Source: Pseudonocardiaceae bacterium
GTDB lineage: Bacteria > Actinomycetota > Actinomycetes > Mycobacteriales > Pseudonocardiaceae
Reading direction: 5' to 3'
Length of the DNA: 64,000 nucleotides
Assembly (NCBI GenBank): GCA_036268955.1
Contig: DATATE010000089.1
Location: 1-64,000 of the forward strand
The position numbers and the translations under genes were made by a program. Shown here piece by piece: positions 20,208-29,852 of this stretch (positions are counted from its first letter, which is position 1; every line of letters begins with the position of its first letter). The notes beneath the pieces were generated by a model. That model saw nothing but the letters and a program-made list of their open reading frames with translations. It ran no database searches and was not told where the DNA came from.

Positions 20208-20811
20208 ACTGCTCTCGCGGCGCCGCCTCGACCAACCCCGCACGCCACGCAGGCTGACCCTGGATGTCGACCCGGAGGCGTTCGGCCGGTTCTCCGAGCG
20301 GCTGGCCCGGTTCATGGGCACCGGGACCTTCCTGTTCTGGCAGACGATGTTCGTGATCGTCTGGATCACGCTGAACCTGGCCGCCGCGTCGCTGCGCTGG
20401 GACCCGTACCCGTTCATCCTGCTGAACCTGGCCTTCTCCACCCAGGCCGCCTATGCCGCGCCGCTGATCCTGCTCGCGCAGAACCGGCAGGACGACCGGG
20501 ACCGGATCACGCTGGAGGAGGACCGGTCCCGCGCGGCGCAAACCAAGGCGGACACCGAGTTCCTGACCCGCGAGCTGGCCGCGCTGCGGTTGGCCGTCGG
20601 CGAGATCGCCACCCGCGACTACCTGCGCAGCGAACTCGACCGGCTGCGCCAGGAGTTGGCCGACGAGACCAAGCCGCGCAAGCGAAAGTCCGGCACGAAC
20701 TCCGCCACCGGGGGGAATCGGCCGGGGCACAGCCATCCGGACGCCGAACAGGTGCGGAACTCGCCGCGCTGGGAGGACGAACCGGAACACCAGCCGAGCG
20801 AAACCAGCTGA
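20200..20811 (+). CDS. DUF1003 membrane protein
   Basis: GTGTFLFWQTMFVIVWITLN ... PYPFILLNLAFSTQAAYAAPLILLAQNRQDDRD is the DUF1003 signature. An 8-nt start/stop overlap with the upstream MgtE_N/CBS gene suggests an operon. Confidence 0.7.
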   Translation: MPELLSRRRLDQPRTPRRLTLDVDPEAFGRFSERLARFMGTGTFLFWQTMFVIVWITLNLAAASLRWDPYPFILLNLAFSTQAAYAAPLILLAQNRQDDRDRITLEEDRSRAAQTKADTEFLTRELAALRLAVGEIATRDYLRSELDRLRQELADETKPRKRKSGTNSATGGNRPGHSHPDAEQVRNSPRWEDEPEHQPSETS

Positions 20812-20868
20812 GCGGACCTCGACCGGGCCTTGGGCGGTCCGGTTCCGCTCAGAGCTGATCAGGCCTGC

Positions 20869-21534
20869 TCAGCTCCGCGAACCGCCGTGGCCAGCGGCCC
20901 TTCCGTTGTCCGCACTGCCGTTGTCCGCGCTGCCGTTCTCCGAATTGCCGTTGTCCGCGTGGCCGTGGCCCGGTCTTCCGCCAGTGCGGTCGTTGGCGCC
21001 CTCGTCGTCGACCAGACCGTCCAGACCGTCCATTCCGGACTCAACTGGTTCGCCGAGTACGGCGTCGCCGGTTGATTCGGTGGCACCGCCGAGTATTTCG
21101 CAGGTGCGGCCGAAGGACGCGAGGTCCTCATCATCGAGCACCTCGGCGAAATGGGTGACGATGCCGGAGAGGTGGGTGCCGGAGGCCGCGCGCAGCCGTT
21201 CGAAGCCGTGCTGGGTGAGCACGGCCTCGACGCCGCGCCCGTCGGAGTCGACCCTGGCACGGATCACGAGGCCGCCGCGCTCCAACCGGTCGACCAGGCG
21301 GGTGACACCGGAGCGGGACAGCAGCACGGCGTCGGCGAGTTCGGTCATCCGCAACCGCCGCTGTGGTGCCTCGGCGAGTTGGACGAGGACGTCGTAGGAG
21401 GCCAGTGACAGCCGCTGGTCGGCGAGCAGTTCGCTTTCCAGCGCGCGAATAATCCGCGCGTGGGCGCGGAGAAATGACCGCCAGACATCCAGTTCAGTTC
21501 GGCTGAGCCGGCGCGTTGTTCCCGGATGTTGCAC
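20869..21534 (-). CDS. MarR-family transcriptional regulator with an Asp/Gly/Asn-rich C-terminal tail
   Basis: Winged HTH (LRMTELADAVLLSRSGVTRLVDRLERGGLV). The C-terminus is GSADNGSADNG, encoded by 15-bp tandem repeats at 20895-20960. Confidence 0.75.
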   Translation of the reverse strand: MQHPGTTRRLSRTELDVWRSFLRAHARIIRALESELLADQRLSLASYDVLVQLAEAPQRRLRMTELADAVLLSRSGVTRLVDRLERGGLVIRARVDSDGRGVEAVLTQHGFERLRAASGTHLSGIVTHFAEVLDDEDLASFGRTCEILGGATESTGDAVLGEPVESGMDGLDGLVDDEGANDRTGGRPGHGHADNGNSENGSADNGSADNGRAAGHGGSRS

Positions 21535-21644
21535 AACCCTGCATGCTACGGAACACGGTCGCTGTTGAGCGCTCCGACCCCGAACCGATAAGTAGCAGTG
21601 ATCTGACCGGCCGGTAACTTACCGGGCCGGGGTGCGCCCGTAAC

Positions 21645-22877
21645 ATGAAGGCCACGACAGCCGCTGCGCGTCCTCCGGCGCACCCACCACCAGCGGCTCG
21701 GCGGATCAGAAGGCCGGTGTTACCTGCAGTGACGAGCAATCCAGCAACCCTGCCCAGTGCCGATGACGTGCGCAAGGCTCTCGCCGGCGTCCAGGACCCG
21801 GAGATCCGGCGTCCCATCACCGACCTCGGCATGGTCAAAGAGGTCACCGTCGGCGCGGACGGCCTTGTCACCGTCGCGATCTACCTGACGGTGCAGGGTT
21901 GCCCGCTGCGCGAGAAGATCACCGCGGACGTCACCGCCGCGGTCGACGCGCTGGCCGGGGTGCGCGAGGTGCGGGTCGAACTGGACGTGATGAGCGATCA
22001 ACAGCGCACCGACCTGCGCAAATCACTGCGTGGCGACACCGATGAGCCGGTGATCCCCTTCGCCAAGCCCGGTTCGCTGACCAGGGTGTACTGCGTGGCA
22101 TCCGGCAAGGGCGGGGTCGGCAAGTCCAGCGTGACGGTCAACCTCGCGGTGGCGATGGCCGCCCGCGGCCTGTCCGTCGGCGTCGTCGACGCGGACATCT
22201 ACGGCCACTCGGTGCCCAGGATGCTCGGCACGACCGCACGGCCGACCAAGGTCGAGCAGATGATCATGCCGGTGCAGGCGCACGGGGTGAAGGTGATCTC
22301 GATCGGCATGTTCAAGCCGGGCAACGAGCCGGTGGTCTGGCGTGGCCCGATGCTGCACAGGGCGTTGCAGCAGTTCCTGGCCGACGTGTTCTGGGGCGAC
22401 CTGGACATCCTGCTGCTCGACCTGCCGCCGGGCACCGGGGACATGGCCATCTCGGTCGCGCAGCTGGTGCCCAACGCGGAACTGCTGGTGGTCACCACCC
22501 CGCAGCTGGCAGCGGCCGAGGTCGCCGAGCGAGCCGGCGCGATCGCGGTGCAGACCAGGCAGCGGTTGGCCGGCGTCGTGGAGAACATGTCCTGGCTGGC
22601 GCTGCCGGACGGCAGCCGGATGGAGGTGTTCGGCGCGGGCGGTGGCCAGCAGGTCGCCGATTCGCTGAGCAAGGTCGTCGGCACCCCGGTTCCGCTGCTC
22701 GGTCAGGTTCCGCTGGACCCCAGGCTGCGTGAGCTTGGCGACTCTGGCGACCCGATCGTCGCGGCCGACCCGCAGGCGCCGGCCTCGGTGGTGCTCGCGG
22801 ACATCGCGACCCGGCTGTCCACCCGCTCTCGTGGCCTCGCCGGACGGCTGCTGTCGGTGAGCCCGGCCGGTCGCTGA
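21645..22877 (+). CDS. mrp: Mrp/ApbC-family Fe-S cluster carrier ATPase with an N-terminal DUF59 domain
   Basis: DUF59 (ALAGVQDPEIRRPITDLGMV), P-loop SGKGGVGKSSVT, and a CxxC-type motif region. The true start may be internal. Confidence 0.85.
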   Translation: MKATTAAARPPAHPPPAARRIRRPVLPAVTSNPATLPSADDVRKALAGVQDPEIRRPITDLGMVKEVTVGADGLVTVAIYLTVQGCPLREKITADVTAAVDALAGVREVRVELDVMSDQQRTDLRKSLRGDTDEPVIPFAKPGSLTRVYCVASGKGGVGKSSVTVNLAVAMAARGLSVGVVDADIYGHSVPRMLGTTARPTKVEQMIMPVQAHGVKVISIGMFKPGNEPVVWRGPMLHRALQQFLADVFWGDLDILLLDLPPGTGDMAISVAQLVPNAELLVVTTPQLAAAEVAERAGAIAVQTRQRLAGVVENMSWLALPDGSRMEVFGAGGGQQVADSLSKVVGTPVPLLGQVPLDPRLRELGDSGDPIVAADPQAPASVVLADIATRLSTRSRGLAGRLLSVSPAGR

Positions 22878-22968
22878 CCATCATCGAGCAACCCGCTACC
22901 GAACAACGTGAAACGGGCCCCGAGTGATCTCGGGGCCCGTTTCACGTCAGCTGGACGAGGAGCGGCGC

Positions 22969-23415
22969 TCAGGTGGCGTCGGGGTCGAACGGCGGACGCT
23001 CACCCGGTGAGAGCGGGCGCTGCTGCGGCTGGGCGGGCGGGGCGTTGGTCACGCCGCTGAAGCCGTTGGGCTTGAGCCCGTTGGCACCGTTGCTGCCATT
23101 GGCACCGTTGTTGCCGTTGATTCGCAGGTCGTCGCGGGGGTCGTAGCCGCCGGTCGCGTCGAGCAGGTGCTGGGTGACGACGCGCTTGGGGTCGAAATTG
23201 CGTAGCTTGCCGAGGTCCTGCAAGGGTTTGCGCAGCTCCTCGAACTCCGGGCCCAGCTCGGACTGCAACTGATCGCGGGCACCGGTCGCGTACTCCCGAA
23301 CCTGGCGAACGGTCTTGCCGAGCCACCGAGCCGCGCCGGGCAACCGCTCGGGACCGAGAATGAACAGGCCCGCCACGATCAGGACGAGGAAATCCGCCCA
23401 GGAGATGTCCAGCAT
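22969..23415 (-). CDS. tatB: Sec-independent protein translocase TatB (or TatA/E-like)
   Basis: N-terminal TM plus an amphipathic helix ([38 protein letters not shown]). The C-terminus is Asn/Gly-rich. Confidence 0.7.
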   Translation of the reverse strand: MLDISWADFLVLIVAGLFILGPERLPGAARWLGKTVRQVREYATGARDQLQSELGPEFEELRKPLQDLGKLRNFDPKRVVTQHLLDATGGYDPRDDLRINGNNGANGSNGANGLKPNGFSGVTNAPPAQPQQRPLSPGERPPFDPDAT

Positions 23416-23460
23416 TGGGTCAGTCCCTCCGGCATACCAAGTAGAACCCAGAATAGCCGC

Positions 23461-25026
23461 TCAATCTGACGTGAGGGTGACCTGCACGGTGTGCTGTTGA
23501 CCCTGCCTTGCGAACTGCACGGTGACCGTCTGCCCCGGCTGGTCGTCGAGGACCGCGACCTGTAGCTCGACCGAGCTGCTGATCGACCGGCCGCCGAACT
23601 TGGTGATGACATCGCCCTCGGCGATGCCGGCCGCGGCTGCCGCGCCGCCCGCGATCACGTTGTCGACCTGCGCGCCGAGCGAGGCGGTCGCCGAGACGTC
23701 CCTCGTGCTCACCCCGAGGACGGCGTGCTTGACCGTGCCGGTGCGGATCAGCGACTGGGCGACCTTGATGGCCTGGTCGATCGGGATGGCGAAGCCGAGG
23801 CCGATGCTGCCGCCGCCACCGCCGCCGGAGTCCGAGCCGCCGAAGGTCTGGTTCGCCGAGTTGATGCCGACCAGCGCGCCGGTCGCGTCGACGAGCGCGC
23901 CACCGGAGTTGCCGGGGTTGATGGCCGCGTCGGTCTGGATCGCGTCGTAGACGACCGAGGGGCCACCGTTCTCCCCCGGCACCAGCAACGGCCGGTTGAG
24001 TGCGCTGACGATGCCCGAGGTCACCGTGCCGGCGAGGCCCAGCGGGGAGCCGATGGCGATCACCGGATCGCCGGGCTTGAGCGCACCGGAGGTGCCGAGC
24101 TTGATCACCGTGAGGTTGGTGGCATCGACCTTGATCACGGCGAGGTCGGTGACGGGATCGCGGCCGACGATGGTGGCCGGCACCCGCGCGCCGCTGCTGA
24201 ACACCGCGGTGATCGTGCCGGCGCCACCGGCGGCCGCCGCGATCACGTGGTTGTTGGTGAGGATGTAGCCCTTGGGGTCGATGACGACACCGGAGCCGAC
24301 GTCGCCGCTGGTACCGGCCTGCACCTCCAGCGAGACGACGGCCGGGGCGACCCGCGCGGTGATGCCGGCGACGGAGTCGGGCGCGCGTTCGGTGCCCGCG
24401 TTGGACTGGGTGAGGGTGTCGCCGACGTCGGTCAGCGAGCTGCCGCCGTTGCCGAGCGCCCAGCCGGTGACGCCACCGACCGCACCGACCAACAGCGCGG
24501 CGACCAACAGGATGACCAGCGCGCTCGGCTTGACCCTGCGGCCGAACAGCAGCTCCGGCACGCTCAGCAGCGGCCCGGTCGGCTTGGCCGCCCTGTCCTC
24601 GTCGGCCTCGCCGGTGCCGGTCTTGGCGGGCGCGCCGACCACGACCCCGGAACCGGGGTCGCGCCAGGGATCGCGGCCGTCGTCGCCGGTCCAGTAGGTG
24701 GCGTCGGTCGCCTTGTCCAGGCCACCGGTCTGGCCGGGCGGCCGTTGCAGGATGACCTCGTCGCTGCCGACCGGCCTGCTGAACGCGGTGGCCAGCGCGG
24801 CGGAGGGCGGCGGGGTGACGGAAGTGAGCCCGTTGGCGGCCGTCGGGCCGGTGCGCGGGGCGAAGGCGCTCTGCACGCCCGCCGGACGGCCGAACACGGC
24901 GGCGAGGCCGGGATCGACCGGCGAGGTCTCGATGGGGCGCGGCGCGAGCCTCGGCCGGTCGTCGGAGAGGCCGTCACCAGGCGTAGGCCCGTCCTGCTCC
25001 GGTCGGAAAGTTGGCTGCTCGTTCAC
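23461..25026 (-). CDS. htrA: HtrA/DegP-family serine protease with a PDZ domain
   Basis: Catalytic triad context (TNNHVI ... DLAVIK ... GNSGGALVD) plus a C-terminal PDZ. A GTG start follows a gggga RBS-like stretch. A membrane anchor precedes the protease domain. Confidence 0.85.
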   Translation of the reverse strand: MNEQPTFRPEQDGPTPGDGLSDDRPRLAPRPIETSPVDPGLAAVFGRPAGVQSAFAPRTGPTAANGLTSVTPPPSAALATAFSRPVGSDEVILQRPPGQTGGLDKATDATYWTGDDGRDPWRDPGSGVVVGAPAKTGTGEADEDRAAKPTGPLLSVPELLFGRRVKPSALVILLVAALLVGAVGGVTGWALGNGGSSLTDVGDTLTQSNAGTERAPDSVAGITARVAPAVVSLEVQAGTSGDVGSGVVIDPKGYILTNNHVIAAAAGGAGTITAVFSSGARVPATIVGRDPVTDLAVIKVDATNLTVIKLGTSGALKPGDPVIAIGSPLGLAGTVTSGIVSALNRPLLVPGENGGPSVVYDAIQTDAAINPGNSGGALVDATGALVGINSANQTFGGSDSGGGGGGSIGLGFAIPIDQAIKVAQSLIRTGTVKHAVLGVSTRDVSATASLGAQVDNVIAGGAAAAAGIAEGDVITKFGGRSISSSVELQVAVLDDQPGQTVTVQFARQGQQHTVQVTLTSD

Positions 25027-25242
25027 TGATTCCCCGCGTCGATGCTGCTCACCGGTGGCGTCGCCAGCCCGGCGAGTCGGCCCGTTCGGACCCACCCTAT
25101 CCAGTCGCTCATCCGTGGTCGCGCACGTTCGTCGATCATTGTGAGCCAGACCCCAAGCTTGCCCCAACCAGGGTGAAGTCGCTGTTGCGGCCTCTTCTCA
25201 GGGCCTCTTGCCAGGGGCCTGGCCGACCGCCGCGCTCGGGCC

Positions 25243-25971
25243 TCAGCGGCCGGAGTGCTGGGCGTTGACCACCGGAATCACCGAGATGGTCGAGGTAGGG
25301 GCCGGCGAGGTGGTCACCGGTGTCGATTCGGCGACCTGGTCACTGACCGGATAGTTGGCCCGCGCGTCACCGCCGCCACCGATCCGGGCGTTGGCAAGGC
25401 CGGCACCGTTGATCGGCGGTTCGCTCGGCGCGTCGGTGTTGCCGCCGAGCACATGCGGACCGACGACGACCAGCGCGCCGAGCACCAGTCCGCCGAGCAC
25501 GACTCCGGCACCCTGTACGGCCTTTCGGCCGCCGGGTGCCCGGTGGTGGCGCAGCACGCTGCTGCCGTTGCCGAGGCCGCTGCCGCCAAGACCGCTGCTG
25601 CCCAGTGGCTGGGAGGAGCCCATCATCGGCGATGAACCGAGACCGGCGACGCGCTCGGGCCGCTGGATGGCGACGAGCTGGCCGTCCGGTCCGATCGCCA
25701 GGTTGTCCGGTCCGCCGGGAAGTTCGGTGTCGATCGGGATCGCCCGCAGCGCGGCCAGCAGGCCGGCGGGGGCGCCAGGGTCGCCTGCCGCGCGCACGGC
25801 CGAGCGGGCCTGCCGCTGGGTGCGCGTCTCGGTGGTGCAGAACGGGCAGTGCGAGATGTGCTCGGCGGCGCGGTCACGCGCGAGCGGGGACAGTTCACCG
25901 TCGACGAACGCGACCACCGCGTCCGGCATGAGGTGCTGTTCGGGCAGGTTCCAGGAGCGTGTCTCGCTCAT
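25243..25971 (-). CDS. rseA: Anti-sigma factor (RseA-like, zf-HC2)
   Basis: The N-terminus HISHCPFCTTE is the zf-HC2 anti-sigma motif. It is immediately downstream of sigE, and a TM helix is present near the C-terminus. Confidence 0.7.
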   Translation of the reverse strand: MSETRSWNLPEQHLMPDAVVAFVDGELSPLARDRAAEHISHCPFCTTETRTQRQARSAVRAAGDPGAPAGLLAALRAIPIDTELPGGPDNLAIGPDGQLVAIQRPERVAGLGSSPMMGSSQPLGSSGLGGSGLGNGSSVLRHHRAPGGRKAVQGAGVVLGGLVLGALVVVGPHVLGGNTDAPSEPPINGAGLANARIGGGGDARANYPVSDQVAESTPVTTSPAPTSTISVIPVVNAQHSGR

Positions 25972-26032
25972 CGATGCCCTCCCCCCGGCGCGCACGCCGG
26001 CCGAAGTGCACCGTGCGGGTCCAGCAGTGGCG

Positions 26033-26677
26033 TCATACCGAGCCCTCCGCGAACTGACCAGTCAGAACTCGACCTTCGCCGGCCAGTTCGCGGCGCCGTT
26101 CCAACGACGCGCGCAAAGCCTGCCGGCCACGGTGGATGCGGCTGCGCACGGTACCGAGCTTGACGCCGAGAGTGGCGCCGATCTCCTCGTAGGACAGCCC
26201 TTCCACGTCACACAATACGACGGCCGCCCGGAACTCCGGAGCCAGCTCGTCGAGAGCTTCCTGCAGATCCGGGTCGAGGTGGGTCTGGGAGTAGACCTGC
26301 TCGGGGCTGGGGCCGTCGCCGGCGAGCCGGTCGGTGTCCTCGGGCAGGCCTTCCATGCGCAGCCGTGAGCGGCGCCGGGCCATGTCGAGGAACAGGTTGG
26401 TGGTGATCCGGTGCAGCCAGCCCTCGAAGGTGCCGGGCGTGTAGGACGACAGCGACCGGAAGACCCTGATGAAGGTCTCCTGGGTGAGGTCCTCGGCGTC
26501 GTGCTGGTTGCCGGCGAGGCGGTAGGCCAGCCGGTAGACACGGTCGGCATGCTCGCGGACGATCTCGTCCCATGACGGCGGGGTCCAACTGGCCGCCTCG
26601 TCGCCGGGTGACGCGGGCAGCGTCGCTTCACCGACCTCGACCTGGTCGGTTCCGCTCACACTCGCTGATGTACGCAT
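26033..26677 (-). CDS. sigE: ECF sigma factor SigE
   Basis: Sigma-70 region 2 ([14 protein letters not shown]) and region 4 ([25 protein letters not shown]). Conserved sigE-rseA-htrA gene order. Confidence 0.85.
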   Translation of the reverse strand: MRTSASVSGTDQVEVGEATLPASPGDEAASWTPPSWDEIVREHADRVYRLAYRLAGNQHDAEDLTQETFIRVFRSLSSYTPGTFEGWLHRITTNLFLDMARRRSRLRMEGLPEDTDRLAGDGPSPEQVYSQTHLDPDLQEALDELAPEFRAAVVLCDVEGLSYEEIGATLGVKLGTVRSRIHRGRQALRASLERRRELAGEGRVLTGQFAEGSV

Positions 26678-26721
26678 CGGCGCGTCCGCACCTCCACTGG
26701 GCTCTTCCGCCCTTTGAAACT

Positions 26722-26790
26722 GGCCAACGTCGAACGGGCTTCCGGTGTTCCCGCGGTCCGGGTGTTCGCGAACACAATCCGGTGTTCACC
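26722..26790 (-). promoter_or_regulatory. Candidate ECF (SigH/SigE-type) promoter GGGAACA-N17-GTT plus a perfect 14-bp palindrome upstream of sigE
   Basis: On the minus strand, gggaaca (revcomp of 26746-26752), a 17-nt spacer, then gtt (revcomp of 26726-26728). GTGTTCGCGAACAC at 26762-26775 is a perfect palindrome. GGTGTTC occurs three times (26744, 26761, 26781). Confidence 0.35.
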
Positions 26791-27051
26791 GACTCGGACG
26801 AACGAAACGGTGCTGCCTTACGCCATGCACCGATCATGTCTGCACCTGGTGTGGCGACGGTGAGAGTCGCCTGAGACCAGCCTGAGAATCCAAAGGTCGG
26901 CCCCGGTCATCCTGACCGCGCTCGATACGCCATTCGAGCAGCGCGGATACCTCGCGAAATGGCTGTCGGCGTCCGTCGTGACAGCACTGTTGCCCGCCTA
27001 ACCGGGCAGGTCCGGCCTATTTTCGGCCCGACGACGCTAACCTGCCTACTT

Positions 27052-27717
27052 GTGACGCCGGAAACGCGGAACACCGCCGCAGCCGCGGCGCACGAGAATG
27101 CCGACGGGTACGCCGACGGCTACCACGCCGAGAGCGAGCCGCTCGTGGCCGCCCGTGCGCGCGGTCAGGACCTCGGCTGCCCACCGGTGAGCACCGGTGC
27201 CGGCGCCGCGCTGCGCTTCCTGGCGGCAACACTGCAGGCCAAGGCGGTTGTCGAGATCGGAACCGGGGCCGGGGTCAGCGGCCTGTGCCTGCTGTCCGGG
27301 ATGGCCACCGACGGTGTGCTCACCTCGATCGACATCGAACCGGAGTACCAGCGGTCGGCGAAACGCTCCTTCAACGAGGCCGGCGTCCCGCCCGGCCGGG
27401 CCAGATTGATCATGGGCCAGGCGCTGGAAGTGCTGCCGAGGCTCACCGATGGCGGGTACGACCTGGTGTTCTTCGATGCCACGAAGACCGAGTACCCGCG
27501 TTATCACGAGCACGGCGTCCGGCTGCTGCGGCCGGGCGGGGTGCTCGCGTTCGACAACGTGCTCGGCATGGGCCGGGTCAACGAGGCGTCCCGCCGCGAC
27601 CAGGAGACCGTGGCCCTGCGCGAACTGGCCAAGCTGGTCCGCGAGGACGACCGACTGGTCTCGGTGCTGCTCCCGCTCGGCGACGGCCTGCTGGTCGCCG
27701 CCAAGCGCCTCACCTGA
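27052..27717 (+). CDS. Class I SAM-dependent O-methyltransferase (catechol/caffeoyl-CoA OMT-like)
   Basis: VVEIGTGAGVSGLCL (the SAM motif I) and LVFFDATKTEYPRY. Divergent from sigE, as in the mycobacterial locus. Confidence 0.8.
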   Translation: MTPETRNTAAAAAHENADGYADGYHAESEPLVAARARGQDLGCPPVSTGAGAALRFLAATLQAKAVVEIGTGAGVSGLCLLSGMATDGVLTSIDIEPEYQRSAKRSFNEAGVPPGRARLIMGQALEVLPRLTDGGYDLVFFDATKTEYPRYHEHGVRLLRPGGVLAFDNVLGMGRVNEASRRDQETVALRELAKLVREDDRLVSVLLPLGDGLLVAAKRLT

Positions 27718-27845
27718 GCAGCCCGTCAGCGGGAGCTACTCGGCGCGCAGCTCGGCAGCCCATTCGGCAAAGAACCTGCGCAGGGCTTCGACGTCGACGT
27801 TGCCAAGTGCGAGATCGACGTCTCGATAGCGGCCGAGCATGCCGA

Positions 27846-28388
27846 TCATCTGCCCGACTTGTCCGCCGCACCGAGGATCTGCCCGATCAATGGTGACCAT
27901 GCGCCGCGTAGGGCGCGGGGCAGAACGAGCTGATCCCACAAGTCCACCAGCAGAGCGCCGTCGATGTAGCGCAGCACATCGCCCTCGTCGCCCTCACGCA
28001 GGACGAGTTCATAGACCCGCGCCCGGTCACCGCGATCGGAAAGGCGGAACAACCGCCCTGGCTCCGACCAGTTCAGGCTCAACGGCAACTCGACCGTCGC
28101 GAGCGCTTGCCCGGCGGGAAGCCGCGGTAGGTGCGTGGGGACCAGCACGGCCTGACCTCGCGCACCGGTGGTGACCCTGACGAACTCGATCCGAGGCCGC
28201 ACGTCAAGCTCGTAACCGGCGCTGGCGACAAGGCGATCCACGGTGTCCAGGGAGGGTGCCTTGTGGCCGTGTTCATACGCCGACACAGCCGTTCGCGAGG
28301 TGCCCGCACGGTGTGCCAGCTCATCCTGGCTCAGTCCTGCGGCACGGCGGACCCGTCGCAGTAGCTCGGCTCCAGCCACTCCACACAC
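27846..28388 (-). CDS. XRE-family HTH transcriptional regulator
   Basis: N-terminal HTH_3 (LRRVRRAAGLSQDELAHRAGTSRTAVSAYEHGHKAPSLDTVDRL). The C-terminal about 110 aa has no recognised domain. Confidence 0.65.
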   Translation of the reverse strand: MCGVAGAELLRRVRRAAGLSQDELAHRAGTSRTAVSAYEHGHKAPSLDTVDRLVASAGYELDVRPRIEFVRVTTGARGQAVLVPTHLPRLPAGQALATVELPLSLNWSEPGRLFRLSDRGDRARVYELVLREGDEGDVLRYIDGALLVDLWDQLVLPRALRGAWSPLIGQILGAADKSGR

Positions 28389-28506
28389 CTCCCCGAAGTA
28401 ACGTATCCGATCGGATACGTTACCTGGGCATAACTGAGTTGCGCAACATCACCCGGACCGCCAGGTACAGAGAGACCAGAGCCTGATCCGAGGCACCCGA
28501 CGGGAG

Positions 28507-29727
28507 CTACTCGGCGCGGATGCCCTTGCCGAGGACGATGACGCCGCCGGAGCTGATCGTGTAGCGCTCGGCGTCCAGTTCGGGGTCGACGCCGATGCTG
28601 GCGCCGTCGGGCACGACCACGTTCTTGTCCAGGATGGCCTTGCGGACCACCGCGCCCTTGCCGACCCGCACACCGGGTAACAACACGCTGCCCTCGACGA
28701 TCGACCCGGTCTCCACGACGACGTCCGCGCTGATCACCGAGTCGCGCACCGAGGAGCCGGAGATGATCGAGCCGGCGCCGACCATGGAGCCGTCCGCCGT
28801 ACCGCCCGCGACGAACTTGGCCGGTGGCAGCGGGGGCACTGCGGTCCTGATCGGCCAGGCCTTGTTGTAGAGGTTGAACACCGGCTGCACGGACACCAGG
28901 TCCATGTGCGCGTCGTAGTAGGCGTCCAGGGTGCCGACGTCGCGCCAGTAACCCCGGTCGCGCTGGGTCGCGCCGGGCACCTCGTTCGCGTCGAAGTCGT
29001 AGACGCAGGCCTGGTTGCGCTCGACGAGCATCGGGATGATGTCGCCGCCCATGTCGTGCGCCGAGTCGGGGTTGGCGGCGTCCTCACGGAGGGCCCCGAG
29101 CAGGACGTCGGTGCTGAACACGTAATTGCCCATTGAGGCGAAGGTCACATCGGGGTCGTCGGCGACGTGCGGCGGATCAACGGGCTTTTCCAGGAACCGG
29201 GTGATCAGGCCGTCGGAGTCCGCGTCGATGCAGCCGAAGCCGCTGGCCTCCGAGCGCGGCACCCGAATTCCGGCGACGGTCGCCCCTGCCCCGGACTCGA
29301 TGTGCGCGGCGACCATCTGCGCCGGGTCCATCCGGTACACGTGGTCGGCGCCGAAGACGACGATGTAGTCCGGGTCCTCGTCGTAGACGAGGTTGAGCGA
29401 CTGGTAGATCGCGTCACCGCTGCCGGTGTACCAGCGCGGTCCGAGCCGCTGCTGGGCCGGCACCGGGGTGATGTACTGCCCGAGCACGCTGGACAGTCGC
29501 CAGGTGGTCGAGATGTGTCTGTCCAGGGAATGCGATTTGTACTGCGTCAACACACACAGCTGATGGAAGCCCGCGTTGACGAGGTTGGACAGCACGAAAT
29601 CGACGAGGCGGTAGTTTCCGCCAAACGGCACGGCCGGCTTCGCGCGGTCGGCGGTCAGCGGGAAAAGTCGCTTTCCCTCGCCACCGGCCAACACGATCCC
29701 GAGCACGTGAGGCTGTTGTGCCTTCAC
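28507..29727 (-). CDS. glgC: Glucose-1-phosphate adenylyltransferase
   Basis: Near-complete colinear similarity to actinobacterial GlgC: [31 protein letters not shown] ... through to the C-terminal left-handed beta-helix. GTG start at VKAQQPH. The long 5' extension of the ORF is not coding. Confidence 0.9.
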   Translation of the reverse strand: MKAQQPHVLGIVLAGGEGKRLFPLTADRAKPAVPFGGNYRLVDFVLSNLVNAGFHQLCVLTQYKSHSLDRHISTTWRLSSVLGQYITPVPAQQRLGPRWYTGSGDAIYQSLNLVYDEDPDYIVVFGADHVYRMDPAQMVAAHIESGAGATVAGIRVPRSEASGFGCIDADSDGLITRFLEKPVDPPHVADDPDVTFASMGNYVFSTDVLLGALREDAANPDSAHDMGGDIIPMLVERNQACVYDFDANEVPGATQRDRGYWRDVGTLDAYYDAHMDLVSVQPVFNLYNKAWPIRTAVPPLPPAKFVAGGTADGSMVGAGSIISGSSVRDSVISADVVVETGSIVEGSVLLPGVRVGKGAVVRKAILDKNVVVPDGASIGVDPELDAERYTISSGGVIVLGKGIRAE

Positions 29728-29852
29728 AGGTGTGACCTTATCCACGTCGGCGCCGCACGACCAGCAGGCGGAACCGATCGGTGTGCCGACGTTCACTCTG
29801 CCGCCAGATCGTTGCCACCCGAATACCACAACCGGGACTAGCCTGATCCCTC

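Noticed and set aside
27736-27939. 67-aa ORF downstream of and overlapping the XRE regulator, plus an 18-nt exact repeat cgggagctactcggcgcg at 27722 and 28497
   Set aside because: In the overlapped part the XRE frame has higher codon third-position GC (about 73% versus about 57%), so the small ORF is probably spurious. The 18-mer coincides with the stop regions of two genes ending in ...RAE* and may be a chance or compositional match. The expected chance rate at this GC content is not negligible.
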